Positions 11,518 to 21,800 of a DNA stretch of 64,000 nucleotides are shown here, piece by piece (position 1 is the first letter of the stretch; every line of letters begins with the position of its first letter). A program made the position numbers and the translations under genes. The stretch covers positions 186,001-250,000 of IMG/VR virus record IMGVR_UViG_3300014494_000005; one strand, written 5' to 3'. The notes under the pieces are model-generated. The model saw nothing but the letters and a program-made list of their open reading frames with translations, did no database searches and was not told the origin of the DNA.

Positions 11518-12266
11518 CCAATAACTGGTTTTCTAAGAGTTTTAACCATTTGAAATTCTTTTTCATCTTGAATAAAACCTAAGATTTTTAAAGCATATTT
11601 ACTAACAAAAAATCTATCACCATCAATATTTTCAATAGGATTTGATTCAGCAAAACCTTCAAATAATAATGGCATTGGATTTCCATTAATTGTAAGATAT
11701 TCTTGACGTGAAGCAAAGTTTTTTAATACTTGTTCATCATATAAATTAACATCCACACGATATTTAGTAAATAATGCCACTTCATATATCATATCAACAT
11801 TAACTGGTTCTGGCATTTTAAATTGTAAATAAATTACTTCACCTTCATCTAATATAGGAACATTCATATATCTGAATTTACGTGGTTGTGGAATTCTATA
11901 CATTGTTCCAAGTCTTGTACCAGCTTGTTTATCAATACGTCTTACAGTAATATATGGTGTGGGAACATTGTGGTCCCCGTCCATAAATCTCCAAGTTTTG
12001 CTGAATTCACCCCAACGGTCATTGTCAAGATAAAATGTTGGTACTTCTTTATTATCGATAACAGCTTTCATACCATATTGATTAACATAATCAAAAAGTG
12101 CTTGGTCTAAATTTTCAAGCAAAATGGTTCTAGGTAAATATTTGGTATCTAAATTAGTTTCTTTCATTAAGTCAGCAATTCTATCCATACCATATTTAAG
12201 ATATTCAGTACCTATCTTTGGTGGGTTAGTATCAATGGTTAATTTAGCTTTTTTTGGAAGTGACAT
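11502..12266 (-). CDS. Tail completion/terminator-like protein (gp15-like)
   Basis: Size, context and TPYITVRR...PVNVDMIYEV...Y.LKILGFI pattern. Confidence 0.5.
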   Translation of the reverse strand: MSLPKKAKLTIDTNPPKIGTEYLKYGMDRIADLMKETNLDTKYLPRTILLENLDQALFDYVNQYGMKAVIDNKEVPTFYLDNDRWGEFSKTWRFMDGDHNVPTPYITVRRIDKQAGTRLGTMYRIPQPRKFRYMNVPILDEGEVIYLQFKMPEPVNVDMIYEVALFTKYRVDVNLYDEQVLKNFASRQEYLTINGNPMPLLFEGFAESNPIENIDGDRFFVSKYALKILGFIQDEKEFQMVKTLRKPVIGYSVV

Positions 12267-12309
12267 AATCTTTTTTAGATAAATACTTGCATTTTAGAGA
12301 TACTTTTAA

Positions 12310-12317
12310 TACATTTG
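12310..12317 (+). promoter_or_regulatory. Bacteroidota-type -7 element TACATTTG
   Basis: TAnnTTTG at the head of the + strand metabolic operon (12370 onward). Confidence 0.55.
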
Positions 12318-12369
12318 CAAGATAAATTTTTTATATATAAAAACATTTTAAATTAAAAACATAAAAAAC

Positions 12370-12600
12370 ATGAAACTTTATTATTTTAATCCAAATGACT
12401 ATGGCACAGAATATTATGTATTGGCAGAAAATAAAATAAATGCGATTACATATTTATTAAATCATTTTAAACAAACAAAAAATATGGAAAAGTTTAAGAT
12501 GTGGAAAAACACTAATTCCAAAAATCCTCAAACATTTCCTATTAATTATACTTTAGAGGAACATGGAATTGGCGATGTGTTAGTATCATCAATATCATAA
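12370..12600 (+). CDS. Hypothetical protein
   Basis: 76-aa ORF, first gene after the promoter. Confidence 0.5.
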   Translation: MKLYYFNPNDYGTEYYVLAENKINAITYLLNHFKQTKNMEKFKMWKNTNSKNPQTFPINYTLEEHGIGDVLVSSIS

Positions 12601-12631
12601 ATAATATTTATATTTACTTAATACATTTTTA

Positions 12632-12982
12632 ATGTTAGTAGAACGAAAAGAATTTCAAGATAAAGATAAAAGTATTGGTTATATTGAAGCAGTTTTTAAT
12701 TCCGATAATATATTAAAAACTACATATTTTCCTAAAACAGAAAGACTTTATATTGCATTTAGTAGAGGACATACATATTCTTATAGTAATGTTAGTTTTG
12801 AAAAATACAATGAATTTGAAAAAGCCGAATCTCAAGGCAAATATTTTCATCAAAAAATAAATAACAACAAAGCACATTCAGTTCGTAAGGAATTTACATT
12901 ATATCCTAATGAAGTTAAAGATTTGAAACAAATTGTTGAAGATAAAATAAATACACAATTAAATGACAAAAATAACGAATAA
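12632..12982 (+). CDS. KTSC-domain protein
   Basis: S..I....Y......LYIAF..G..YSY.NV....Y..F..AES.GKYF...I pattern. Confidence 0.75.
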   Translation: MLVERKEFQDKDKSIGYIEAVFNSDNILKTTYFPKTERLYIAFSRGHTYSYSNVSFEKYNEFEKAESQGKYFHQKINNNKAHSVRKEFTLYPNEVKDLKQIVEDKINTQLNDKNNE

Positions 12983-13247
12983 TATATTTCATAATAATGT
13001 CTTTTATGATAAAGATGAATATATTAACGATTTTAATGATTTAATTAAACTATTATCCAATAATTCAATTGAAATTGTTTTTAGAACTAGAATTCCATAT
13101 TTAGATAAAAGTTATGAAGATTATTATGGTGTTGGCAAAGAAATAAGAATTGGTGATAGTTGTATTACTGGATATCATTCAATTAATCAAAACATAATAA
13201 ATAAAATAAAACAATTGATAGTTAAAGATTTGAAACAAATTGTTGAA
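12913..13247 (+). repeat. 28-bp direct repeat AGTTAAAGATTTGAAACAAATTGTTGAA at 12913-12940 and 13220-13247
   Basis: Exact copies; both encode VKDLKQIVE near the C-termini of adjacent ORFs. Confidence 0.9.
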
Positions 13248-13277
13248 AACAATAAATTAGAAGAAGATAATGAATAG
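12963..13277 (+). CDS. Hypothetical protein (apparent insertion)
   Basis: Lies between the two 28-bp repeats. Confidence 0.55.
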   Translation: MTKITNNIFHNNVFYDKDEYINDFNDLIKLLSNNSIEIVFRTRIPYLDKSYEDYYGVGKEIRIGDSCITGYHSINQNIINKIKQLIVKDLKQIVENNKLEEDNE

Positions 13278-13584
13278 TACTCAAGATTATGAAAATCTAA
13301 TTGAATTACTTAAAATAACATTGGAATTTTATGCCAATAAAAAAAATTATGAAAAAATAATTTATTCTGAGTTAAGAGGTAATATTTCATCTATTGATTT
13401 GGATGAATATGGTTCTCAAGCACGTTTTGCATTAAATAAAATTAAAGAAATTAGAGAAATTAATGAAAAATTAGTAAAGGATTATAGTGCCGAAATAGAA
13501 GCAGTTCAAAATAAAGGGGAACAAGAAATTATTAATACAATAGGAATACTTAAAAAAATGAGTAATGGTAATAACAACCTTTAA
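13270..13584 (+). CDS. Hypothetical protein
   Basis: 104-aa ORF overlapping both neighbours. Confidence 0.55.
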   Translation: MNSTQDYENLIELLKITLEFYANKKNYEKIIYSELRGNISSIDLDEYGSQARFALNKIKEIREINEKLVKDYSAEIEAVQNKGEQEIINTIGILKKMSNGNNNL

Positions 13585-13942
13585 AGAATATCAAACCGAA
13601 GCAAATTTTCTTAAAATATCATTAGATAAATTCTTAGAAACACATCCTGATACACCAATTGATGTAAAATTATTATTAGCGGTTGCTTATGATGGATTAG
13701 GACTAGGTGAAGCTGGTGAAGTTCAAGGTAAAATAAAGAAAATTATTAGAGATGATGGCGGTCATATTACACAAGAACATGTAATTGAAATAAAAAAAGA
13801 ATTGGGGGACTTGTTATGGTATATTTCATCGATGTGCGATAATCTTGATATTGGATTAGATGATGTAGCAACATCAAATATTGAAAAATTAAAATCTCGT
13901 AGAGATAGAAATACATTACATGGAAGTGGAGATAACAGATAA
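13565..13942 (+). CDS. mazG: MazG-like nucleotide pyrophosphohydrolase
   Basis: GLGEAGEVQGKIKK...KELGDLLWY...NIEKL..R. Confidence 0.9.
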   Translation: MVITTFKEYQTEANFLKISLDKFLETHPDTPIDVKLLLAVAYDGLGLGEAGEVQGKIKKIIRDDGGHITQEHVIEIKKELGDLLWYISSMCDNLDIGLDDVATSNIEKLKSRRDRNTLHGSGDNR

Positions 13943-13950
13943 TATAAAAT

Positions 13951-14388
13951 ATGAGAAAAATTAATATAATTAATAAATCAAACAATAGTTTACCTACATA
14001 TGCAACAGAAGGTTCTGCTGGTATGGATTTGCGTGCAAATTTAGATAAAGAAATTGTGATTAAATCATTAGAAAGATGCGTAATTCCAACAGGAATATTT
14101 ATTGAATTACCTATTGGTTATGAAGCACAAATAAGACCACGTTCTGGTTTAGCATTTAATTGTGGTGTTACAATACTTAATACACCCGGAACAATTGATA
14201 GTGATTATCGTGGAGAAATTAAAATAATTTTGATAAATTTAAGTAATCAAGATTTTTTGGTTAAACATGGTGATAGAATTGGTCAAATGATAATTTCAAA
14301 ATATGAAACAATTGAATTAAATTTAATTGATGAATTTGAAGTTAGCACAAAAAGAGGTGTAGGTGGTTTTGGGAGTACAGGTTTTTAA
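13951..14388 (+). CDS. dut: Trimeric dUTPase
   Basis: AGMDL, RPRSGLA, GTIDSDYRGE, RIGQ and RG.GGFGSTG motifs. Confidence 0.97.
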   Translation: MRKINIINKSNNSLPTYATEGSAGMDLRANLDKEIVIKSLERCVIPTGIFIELPIGYEAQIRPRSGLAFNCGVTILNTPGTIDSDYRGEIKIILINLSNQDFLVKHGDRIGQMIISKYETIELNLIDEFEVSTKRGVGGFGSTGF

Positions 14389-14403
14389 ACATCAATAAAA
14401 ATT

Positions 14404-15234
14404 ATGAAAACTGATTATTTTACATTAATTGAAATAATTAATAAGGAACTTGATGAAGTCATGGATTTCACAAATATTGATGGCTTCGATTATCAATATT
14501 TTAATTCAAACGATGAATCAACAATATCATTAATCGGTGAATTTAAATTAGATGATGGTTCGAATGTTCAAGTTCATATTCAAAAAATTAATCCAGAATT
14601 AGTTAAAACCCCACCAGTGCTTGATAAAACAAATGGTGTTTTTAATATAGTATATACTGTTGAAGGAAAAACAACAATAAAAGAATTGATTAAAATTTTA
14701 AAAACAATAACATTGATTGTTAAAATATATATTGATTCGAAGAATAATTCAAATCCAATATATATTTTATATTCAGAACCTAAAGATAATGTTGGCTTAA
14801 CTGATGGTCAAAAAAATGAATTATATAAAGAATTATTAAAAAAACAGTTAACTCCTGAATATAGAATATCATCAACAATATATAATAAATCAAAGGAATT
14901 AATTGCTTTTCAAAAGGATAAAATTTGGACAAAAAGATATAATAATAAAATGAAAATCTACCGTAAATTAATTAAGGATTTAGAAAAAACAATACTAATT
15001 AAAGAATGTAGAAAAGTAATTAATAATGAAATTGCTTTACAATATCGTAAAGAAGCAAGAGAAATAATTGCTTTAACTACAACTAAAATTCGTAAGGAAT
15101 TTATTAAATATCATAATGAAAATAAAGGAAATATTTGTTGTATGGTTCTTGATAAAGCAAAACAACAATTAATTGCTGAAGGAAAAATGAAAATTAATAA
15201 TAATGCATTTGGTAAATTATCGAAAAATAATTAA
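14404..15234 (+). CDS. Hypothetical protein
   Basis: 276-aa ORF between dut and thyA. Confidence 0.55.
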   Translation: MKTDYFTLIEIINKELDEVMDFTNIDGFDYQYFNSNDESTISLIGEFKLDDGSNVQVHIQKINPELVKTPPVLDKTNGVFNIVYTVEGKTTIKELIKILKTITLIVKIYIDSKNNSNPIYILYSEPKDNVGLTDGQKNELYKELLKKQLTPEYRISSTIYNKSKELIAFQKDKIWTKRYNNKMKIYRKLIKDLEKTILIKECRKVINNEIALQYRKEAREIIALTTTKIRKEFIKYHNENKGNICCMVLDKAKQQLIAEGKMKINNNAFGKLSKNN

Positions 15235-15237
15235 ATT

Positions 15238-16317
15238 ATGGAAGAATATTTAAATTTACTTGAAGATATTCTCGACAATGGTGTCGAGAAAGAAAGTGGT
15301 AGAGCAAATATGCCAAATACGATTGGTATATCTCATGCTGTAATTAGAATGGATTTACAAGATGGTTTTCCACTGCTTACCACAAAAAAAATGTATTGGA
15401 AGGGCATTGTACACGAGCTTTTATGGTTTTTACATGGAGATACAAACATAAAATATCTTGTCGATAATAATGTAAATATCTGGAATTCTGATGCTTATAG
15501 ATGGTATTTAAAACAAGCTAAAGACAGAGGATTTGAACCAAAATATGATAATATTGATAAATTTATTGAAGCAATAAAAAACAAAAATCTTGATAAATTT
15601 TATGAGGGCGAATGGGATTCTATATATAAATTAGGTGACCTTGGTAAAGTTTATGGTTATCAATGGCGTAATCAAAACGGTGTCGACCAAATAAAAGATG
15701 TATTAGATGGTCTTAAAACAAATCCATACAGTCGTTATCATATTATTAATGGCTGGAATAAGGCTGATTTTAAAGATATGGCACTTCCACCATGTCATTT
15801 ACTTTATCAATTTATTGTAAGACCATTAAGTTTTAAAGAAAGAAGAGATTTAGCATATTATTATGCTGTAAATAATAATAAATTTCCATTACTTATTGAT
15901 GCACATGGTTGGAAAGGAATACCTGAATATATGAACGTAATTGACAATACTGGTTGGAATATTCCTAAATTTTATCTTGATTTAAATATGTACCAACGTT
16001 CATGTGACGTTGGACTTGGCGTGAGTTTTAATTTAGCTTCAATGTCATTATTATTAATGATTTTTGCTAAATCATGTAATATGATTCTCGGAATTGCAAA
16101 TTGGATTGGTGGTGATACTCATATATATGTGAATCATATTGAAGCACTTAAAAAGCAATTGTTAAAAAAACCATATAAACTTCCACAAATGTTAATAAAT
16201 AAAGAATTGAATTCTTTAAATGATATTTTAAATTTAACTATTAATGATTTTGATTTGATTAACTATGAATCACATCCTGCAATAAAAATGGAATTATTTA
16301 CTGGATTAAAAAAATAG
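15238..16317 (+). CDS. thyA: Thymidylate synthase
   Basis: FPLLTTKK, ELLWF, LGKVYGYQWR, ALPPCH, YQRSCD and GDTHIY motifs; uninterrupted. Confidence 0.97.
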   Translation: MEEYLNLLEDILDNGVEKESGRANMPNTIGISHAVIRMDLQDGFPLLTTKKMYWKGIVHELLWFLHGDTNIKYLVDNNVNIWNSDAYRWYLKQAKDRGFEPKYDNIDKFIEAIKNKNLDKFYEGEWDSIYKLGDLGKVYGYQWRNQNGVDQIKDVLDGLKTNPYSRYHIINGWNKADFKDMALPPCHLLYQFIVRPLSFKERRDLAYYYAVNNNKFPLLIDAHGWKGIPEYMNVIDNTGWNIPKFYLDLNMYQRSCDVGLGVSFNLASMSLLLMIFAKSCNMILGIANWIGGDTHIYVNHIEALKKQLLKKPYKLPQMLINKELNSLNDILNLTINDFDLINYESHPAIKMELFTGLKK

Positions 16318-16371
16318 TAGGATTACCATTTATATTTTGATTTTCATAGTATTTATATTAAATAAAATATT

Positions 16372-17106
16372 ATGATTGGAATATATAGAATTAAAAATAT
16401 TATTAATAATAAATGTTATTATGGTTCGGCAAAAAATATTAAAAGAAGATGGGTTTTACATAAATCAGCACTAAAACATAATAGACATGAAAACATATAT
16501 TTACAAAGAGCATGGAATAAATATGGTGAGGAAAAATTTATTTTTGAAATTATTGAAGAATGTGAAATTGATAAATTATTAATTGTTGAACAAAAATATT
16601 TAAATATAAATCCTGAATATAACATTGGTAAACAAGCAAACGGTGGTGATAATTTAACCAATCACCCCAATAAAACGGCAATTATTAATAAAATTAAATT
16701 TAAAATTAATAAAAACATAGAAAATATGTCACCGGAAGAAAGAAAAAGAAAATTCTCAAGACCAATGGAAAAAAATCCGAATTGGAAAGGCGGGTCATCA
16801 ATTAACTATTGTTTATGCGGTAAGCAAATTGCACCAGAAAATAAATATTGTATTAAATGTTTACCAAGAAAAGGTGAAAACAATCCGTTTTATAATAAAA
16901 AACATAGTGAAAATACCAAAAAAATAATGTCCGTACAACGAAAAGGTAAATATAATGGAACACAAAATATAAAATTTAAAATAGATAATATAGAATATTT
17001 TTCACTTGGTGATGCTCACAATAAACTAAGTATACCAATACCAACAATACTTTATCGTTTAAAATCAAATAATCCTAAATTTAATAATTATAATTATATT
17101 GAATGA
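16372..17106 (+). CDS. Free-standing GIY-YIG homing endonuclease
   Basis: GIYRI..YYGSA..RRW N-terminus; GENNPFY.KKHSE NUMOD3-like repeat; GTATTTATA at 16349. Confidence 0.9.
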   Translation: MIGIYRIKNIINNKCYYGSAKNIKRRWVLHKSALKHNRHENIYLQRAWNKYGEEKFIFEIIEECEIDKLLIVEQKYLNINPEYNIGKQANGGDNLTNHPNKTAIINKIKFKINKNIENMSPEERKRKFSRPMEKNPNWKGGSSINYCLCGKQIAPENKYCIKCLPRKGENNPFYNKKHSENTKKIMSVQRKGKYNGTQNIKFKIDNIEYFSLGDAHNKLSIPIPTILYRLKSNNPKFNNYNYIE

Positions 17107-17357
17107 CAATATTGTACATATTAATAGGATTCTTAATAGTAATAATTCTATTACTTGCTTTGGCATTATATCAATTTTCAAAAAAGGGAATTTATTTATC
17201 AGATAAAGAAAAAGAATATATATTATTCACATTTTCAATATTTTCAGAATATGGTGATGATTTAGGTATTCAATCAAAAGAACAACATAAAAAACTTTGT
17301 GAAGAACTTGAAAAAATAAAAAATAAACACTTTAAAAAATCAAATAAAGAAGTTTAA
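17103..17357 (+). CDS. Small membrane protein
   Basis: N-terminal hydrophobic helix. Confidence 0.55.
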   Translation: MTILYILIGFLIVIILLLALALYQFSKKGIYLSDKEKEYILFTFSIFSEYGDDLGIQSKEQHKKLCEELEKIKNKHFKKSNKEV

Positions 17358-17376
17358 TTCCCTTATTTATTAATAA

Positions 17377-18102
17377 TTATCTCTTTACGCTTTCAAGTGT
17401 AAATATGCTTTGGTCTTTATTCCAATTATCAAAATTAAATGGGTCAATTCCCAATTTTTGTAAATATTTTGTTGTAACTACTTTAGTAATTTTAGGGTCA
17501 ATTTGCATATCTTTAATATCATCATAAAAATAATGTCTTTTATCTGCTTTAAGTTCTTCTGAATCATAACCATGATAATCCCATCCATTTAAAATTTTAT
17601 TATTTGATTTCAAAACAGCAAAATGTGTATATTTTGGATTAACACCTCGTGCTACTTCATTAATTGGTTTATCTTGTACTTTATCATATAAATTACTCAC
17701 AATTAAGTTAAATTCATCTTTAGCTAATTCCAAATCTTTTTCATTGGTAATCCAGAAATAATCAGTGCCTTCTTCGCTATCATTCTCCATTTGAATACCA
17801 CTACTTCTTAAATCATTAATAATCTGTAATTTTAACTTATCATTAGCACCAACAACAGTTGTACCTTCTCCAGTGAATAAATCATTATACATTGCATCAG
17901 TAATTTGTTTTATTTTTTCACTTTCTTGACTTGAAACAATAATTTTTTGTTCTGGTTTATTATAATATCCACCATCAGATGCTACTGCAAGTTCCTCATT
18001 TACTGATTCACTATTAGATACTGTTAAAAGTTCCTCATTTAATTTAAATTCGGGATTAACTTTATGCATGACTTCAAAAAGTCTTTGTTTATTATTTGCC
18101 AT
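17377..18102 (-). CDS. Acidic putative head-internal protein
   Basis: N-terminal RLFEVMHKVNPEFKLNE shared with 48208-48705; LNE/VNE/INE sites; phage motif at 18117-18125. Confidence 0.5.
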   Translation of the reverse strand: MANNKQRLFEVMHKVNPEFKLNEELLTVSNSESVNEELAVASDGGYYNKPEQKIIVSSQESEKIKQITDAMYNDLFTGEGTTVVGANDKLKLQIINDLRSSGIQMENDSEEGTDYFWITNEKDLELAKDEFNLIVSNLYDKVQDKPINEVARGVNPKYTHFAVLKSNNKILNGWDYHGYDSEELKADKRHYFYDDIKDMQIDPKITKVVTTKYLQKLGIDPFNFDNWNKDQSIFTLESVKR

Positions 18103-18154
18103 TATATTAATTTTTATATAAATACGTAATTAATTTCCTTTTGTTTCATTTATC

Positions 18155-18718
18155 TTAAACAATAGAAGTACCTTTTTCACCACCCTCAAAAAATTTGATT
18201 GTATCAGAAATTACCGGAACACCAGTTACTCTTTTCCAATATGGAAAAAATCCTCCAATTGTTTTTTTTGTTTCATCTGTAACATTATTTGCACTTTCAA
18301 CTTCATAATATCTATTCTTTTCACCACTCATATTATATTCAATAATATCACCTCTATTGATTTCTACTTGTTTTTCTTCAAGTTCTTTAAGATATACACC
18401 AAAACTAATATTACCAGTATTATCACGAGCAATACCACTTGGATTATTACCATAATTTTCCTGTTTACCTTCTTCGATAGTAACCATAACTTTTAATCTA
18501 ACTGGTGACATAAACTTTTTATCATTTGCTTTGGTTTGACCATATAAATTATGTGTTTTGGTTTCTATTAAGTTAATTCTATGCAAAATAACTTCTTGCG
18601 CATTATCAGTTTCTAAAAATTGTCTACCATACATAATATCTAAATCAATTGAACTTTGAGTTACAAATAATCCATATCGCTGAGATTCAAGGTCAACTAT
18701 TTGTTTTTTCTTTTTCAT
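18155..18718 (-). CDS. Neck/head-closure protein (gp14-like)
   Basis: Beta-rich head-closure-like pattern (ELEEKQVEINRGDIIEY...YYEV); late-module context. Confidence 0.5.
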   Translation of the reverse strand: MKKKKQIVDLESQRYGLFVTQSSIDLDIMYGRQFLETDNAQEVILHRINLIETKTHNLYGQTKANDKKFMSPVRLKVMVTIEEGKQENYGNNPSGIARDNTGNISFGVYLKELEEKQVEINRGDIIEYNMSGEKNRYYEVESANNVTDETKKTIGGFFPYWKRVTGVPVISDTIKFFEGGEKGTSIV

Positions 18719-18804
18719 TAATAATATTAATTATTTTTATATAAATACTGTTGTTTATTAACTTTAAAGTATTTATATTTGTAATTAATTTAAAATACAA
18801 AGCT

Positions 18805-18957
18805 ATGAGATACGATAAAGATAAAAATGATGTTCTTAATATTAGATTAAGTATTGGTTTAAAAGAACAATATTTAAAATTTGTAAAAGATAATGGATAT
18901 TGTCTATCCAAAAGAATAAGAATTTTGCTTGAAAATGATATGAAAAATGGAAAGTGA
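18805..18957 (+). CDS. Small ribbon-helix-helix-like DNA-binding protein
   Basis: LNIRLSIGLKEQYLKFVKDNGYCLSKRIRILLE; start set at ATG 18805, downstream of GTATTTATATTTG at 18769-18781. Confidence 0.5.
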   Translation: MRYDKDKNDVLNIRLSIGLKEQYLKFVKDNGYCLSKRIRILLENDMKNGK

Positions 18958-20095
18958 AGAATTAAAAGTATATTTAGAAACCAATAATAAATCTGGATAT
19001 AAAACAAGAGAAATACACATAAAAAATAATTTTCCTGACCTATACAATAAAATTATTGAATTCTCTAATTCAAATAGTTGGCATGAATTATTATATAATT
19101 ACATTAATAATTTATTTGAAAACCCTAAATGTATATCTTGTAACAAAATATTACATTTAAAAAAATATAATATTGGATATCACAAATATTGTTCAATTAA
19201 TTGTTTAAATAAATCAGAACAACATAAAGATAAAATAAAACAAACTTGTTTAAATACATTTGGTGTAGATAATCCATCAAAATCAAACGAAATTAAGAAA
19301 AAAATAAAAAATAAATTATATAAAAATGGAAAATGGTATAATCAAACGGATGAATGCAAAAATAAAACAAAACAAACTAATTTAAAAAAATATGGTGTTG
19401 ACCATTTTTCAAAAACAAAAGAATTTCATAATAAAAGAATTCAAACTAATATTAGAAGATATGGTATGGATTCATATAATAAAACAGAAAAATCAAAAAA
19501 TGAAACAAAAAAAAGAAATTTGGAAAAGTATAATACTGAATGGTTTTTATCAACAAATGAATTTAAAAAAAAATCAAAAAAAACTTGTTTAATTAAATAT
19601 GGTGTTGACCATCACACAAAAACTGAAGAATATAAAAATAAAATGAAAATTTATTATTTGAAAAAATATGGTGTTGAATATGCTACACAAAATAAAAGGG
19701 TTTCCGAAAAAATTGCAGCAACCATGATTGAGAGATATGGCGAATTATGGTTAAAACATGCCCCAAAATATAATCCTAATTCAATAATATATTTAGATTT
19801 ATTATCAGAAAAATTAGGGATAGAAATTCAACATGCATTAAATGGTGGTGAAAAGAAATTTATAAGATATTGGGTTGATGGTTTTATTGCGAAATATAAT
19901 ATATGTATTGAATGGGATGAAAAACATCATAATGCTAAACGACAAAAAGAACGTGATTTAATTAAAGAAAATTATCTTAAGGAAATGCATAATTGTCATA
20001 TTATAAGAATAAATGAAAAAGAATTTTTAAAAAATATTGAAGAAAATATAAAACTAATCTCTAATCAAATTAATTCTATAATTTCTTCAACATAA
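18947..20095 (+). CDS. Putative homing endonuclease (TNLxKYGV repeats plus DUF559/Vsr-like nuclease)
   Basis: Repeats as in 3100-4974; YWVDGF...CIEWDEKHH C-terminus. Confidence 0.7.
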   Translation: MESEELKVYLETNNKSGYKTREIHIKNNFPDLYNKIIEFSNSNSWHELLYNYINNLFENPKCISCNKILHLKKYNIGYHKYCSINCLNKSEQHKDKIKQTCLNTFGVDNPSKSNEIKKKIKNKLYKNGKWYNQTDECKNKTKQTNLKKYGVDHFSKTKEFHNKRIQTNIRRYGMDSYNKTEKSKNETKKRNLEKYNTEWFLSTNEFKKKSKKTCLIKYGVDHHTKTEEYKNKMKIYYLKKYGVEYATQNKRVSEKIAATMIERYGELWLKHAPKYNPNSIIYLDLLSEKLGIEIQHALNGGEKKFIRYWVDGFIAKYNICIEWDEKHHNAKRQKERDLIKENYLKEMHNCHIIRINEKEFLKNIEENIKLISNQINSIISST

Positions 20096-20100
20096 CTTGT

Positions 20101-21219
20101 TTATATCGAGATAATTGGAAATTTTGGAGGTTGGAATTTCATAGCATTGTTAACATTTTCAGCAATATCTGCACGAATTTTAGTCATATTTTCTTGACTT
20201 AAATATTCTAATTGGTCTAAAATAAGTTTTTCTGTATCTTCTTTTAACTTAATACCTTCATCTAATAAATGACGATAATCCATTGTAAGTTCTTTTTCTG
20301 TAACTCCTATCGAACCCGTATAAAATCCACGAATTCCACCAATAACTATTTTTACTTGAGCTATCAATAAATTTCTTATTTGTTGTTGTGCGATATCATT
20401 CATATTACTCCATTGTAATACTTTTGTTGGTGGGTCTGATGGAAGTTTAATAACATCGTTATTTTCTTCTAAACATTTATCTCTACCTTCTTTATTTGTA
20501 TCATAATACCAATACCAAACCTTTCGACCTGCATAATGTTTTCCCCATACAGAACCAATTTCATAACGACTATCTGGTATTGGATATAAATGTAACATTT
20601 TTTCACCTGTTGCTAAACCAGTAATACGATATGTTAATATTGATTGTAATACTCTTTGTTTCATTCTACGGTCTTGTGCAGATAAAAGTGTTGAAAACGT
20701 AGGTTGAACGTATAATGCAGGTCTACCTAAATACGACATTCCCATCATACCAGCACTCCATGCATTTAATGCAAATGGGTCAACTAAACCGCCATCAATT
20801 TCTGGTGGTGTTTCCCACAATACTTCATTTACTTCACGATTTTTAGGAATAATATAATGTTGTGTATGTCCACTAGTAATAATAAAATCTCTTTTAAGTT
20901 CCCAACCAGTAGCTGCTGGAGCATTAGTTCCTAAACCAACTTGTTTTGAATAAGCATATGTAAAACTTTCCATATAAGTATTTGGTTTAGTAGTAAAAGC
21001 ACTAAGAAAATCACTATTTTCTTTACTAAGACCTTCTAATCCAATCCATTGCTGTTCTATTAACCAAGTATTAACTAATGCAGAATAGTCTTCAACAACC
21101 ATTTCAAGATATGAATCTAGCATTTCATCTTTAATTTCAAATGGTCGTAATGGATACCCTAATGTATGTTTAACTCTAAGATATAATTTATTTTTATCTA
21201 CTGTTGTAATTAATGCCAT
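20101..21219 (-). CDS. Neck protein (gp13-like head-tail adaptor)
   Basis: LGYP...EI.DE.LD N-terminus; IIGGIRG...L.MDY..L..EG C-terminus. Confidence 0.65.
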   Translation of the reverse strand: MALITTVDKNKLYLRVKHTLGYPLRPFEIKDEMLDSYLEMVVEDYSALVNTWLIEQQWIGLEGLSKENSDFLSAFTTKPNTYMESFTYAYSKQVGLGTNAPAATGWELKRDFIITSGHTQHYIIPKNREVNEVLWETPPEIDGGLVDPFALNAWSAGMMGMSYLGRPALYVQPTFSTLLSAQDRRMKQRVLQSILTYRITGLATGEKMLHLYPIPDSRYEIGSVWGKHYAGRKVWYWYYDTNKEGRDKCLEENNDVIKLPSDPPTKVLQWSNMNDIAQQQIRNLLIAQVKIVIGGIRGFYTGSIGVTEKELTMDYRHLLDEGIKLKEDTEKLILDQLEYLSQENMTKIRADIAENVNNAMKFQPPKFPIISI

Positions 21220-21286
21220 AATAGTATTTTGATATAAATACTAAAAACTTTTTTTAAAAAAACATTTTAATCTCAAAAGATTGTTA

Positions 21287-21294
21287 TATATTTG
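21287..21294 (+). promoter_or_regulatory. Bacteroidota-type -7 element TATATTTG
   Basis: TAnnTTTG at the head of the helicase operon. Confidence 0.55.
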
Positions 21295-21317
21295 TGGTAC
21301 TCAAGATTAAAACATAT

Positions 21318-21800
21318 ATGTATAATATTGAATATGAAATCAAATTAAATGAACAGGGGAGACCTTGTATTGATTTATCACAAGATTATGAACATAGACC
21401 TGAAGATAAATTCTTTGCCATCGAATTAGCACGATATATACTTCAAGAGGTATATGGTCGTAGAAGTACAGAATTTGATAAGGAAGCAGCTAAAGTAATT
21501 GAAACAAGCATCAATTTGCTTGGACAAATTGGTGATGAAATAGCTGAGATATTATGGAATAATATGAAAAGTATTGGTGATTTTGATTTAATTTTAAAGA
21601 AAAAATATCATGTAATGGTTGAAACCATTAAATTGAGAGATGAATTAAATGAAAAATATATTCATTATAATGACAAAATTTACACAAGACAAGAAGGATT
21701 AAGAGTTCTTGTGCTTGAAAATAATATAATTTATGAACTACAAGGTGGAATAACAAATGAAAATTGGAAAGAATTAACAAATAATGGAAGCGAGACATAA
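21318..21800 (+). CDS. Hypothetical protein
   Basis: The GTG at 21294 overlaps the promoter, so ATG 21318 is preferred. Confidence 0.55.
   Translation: MYNIEYEIKLNEQGRPCIDLSQDYEHRPEDKFFAIELARYILQEVYGRRSTEFDKEAAKVIETSINLLGQIGDEIAEILWNNMKSIGDFDLILKKKYHVMVETIKLRDELNEKYIHYNDKIYTRQEGLRVLVLENNIIYELQGGITNENWKELTNNGSET

Noticed and set aside
15238-17106. Group I intron in thyA encoding the GIY-YIG enzyme (T4 td-like)
   Set aside because: thyA is continuous with all motifs; the endonuclease is free-standing after the stop and has its own promoter motif
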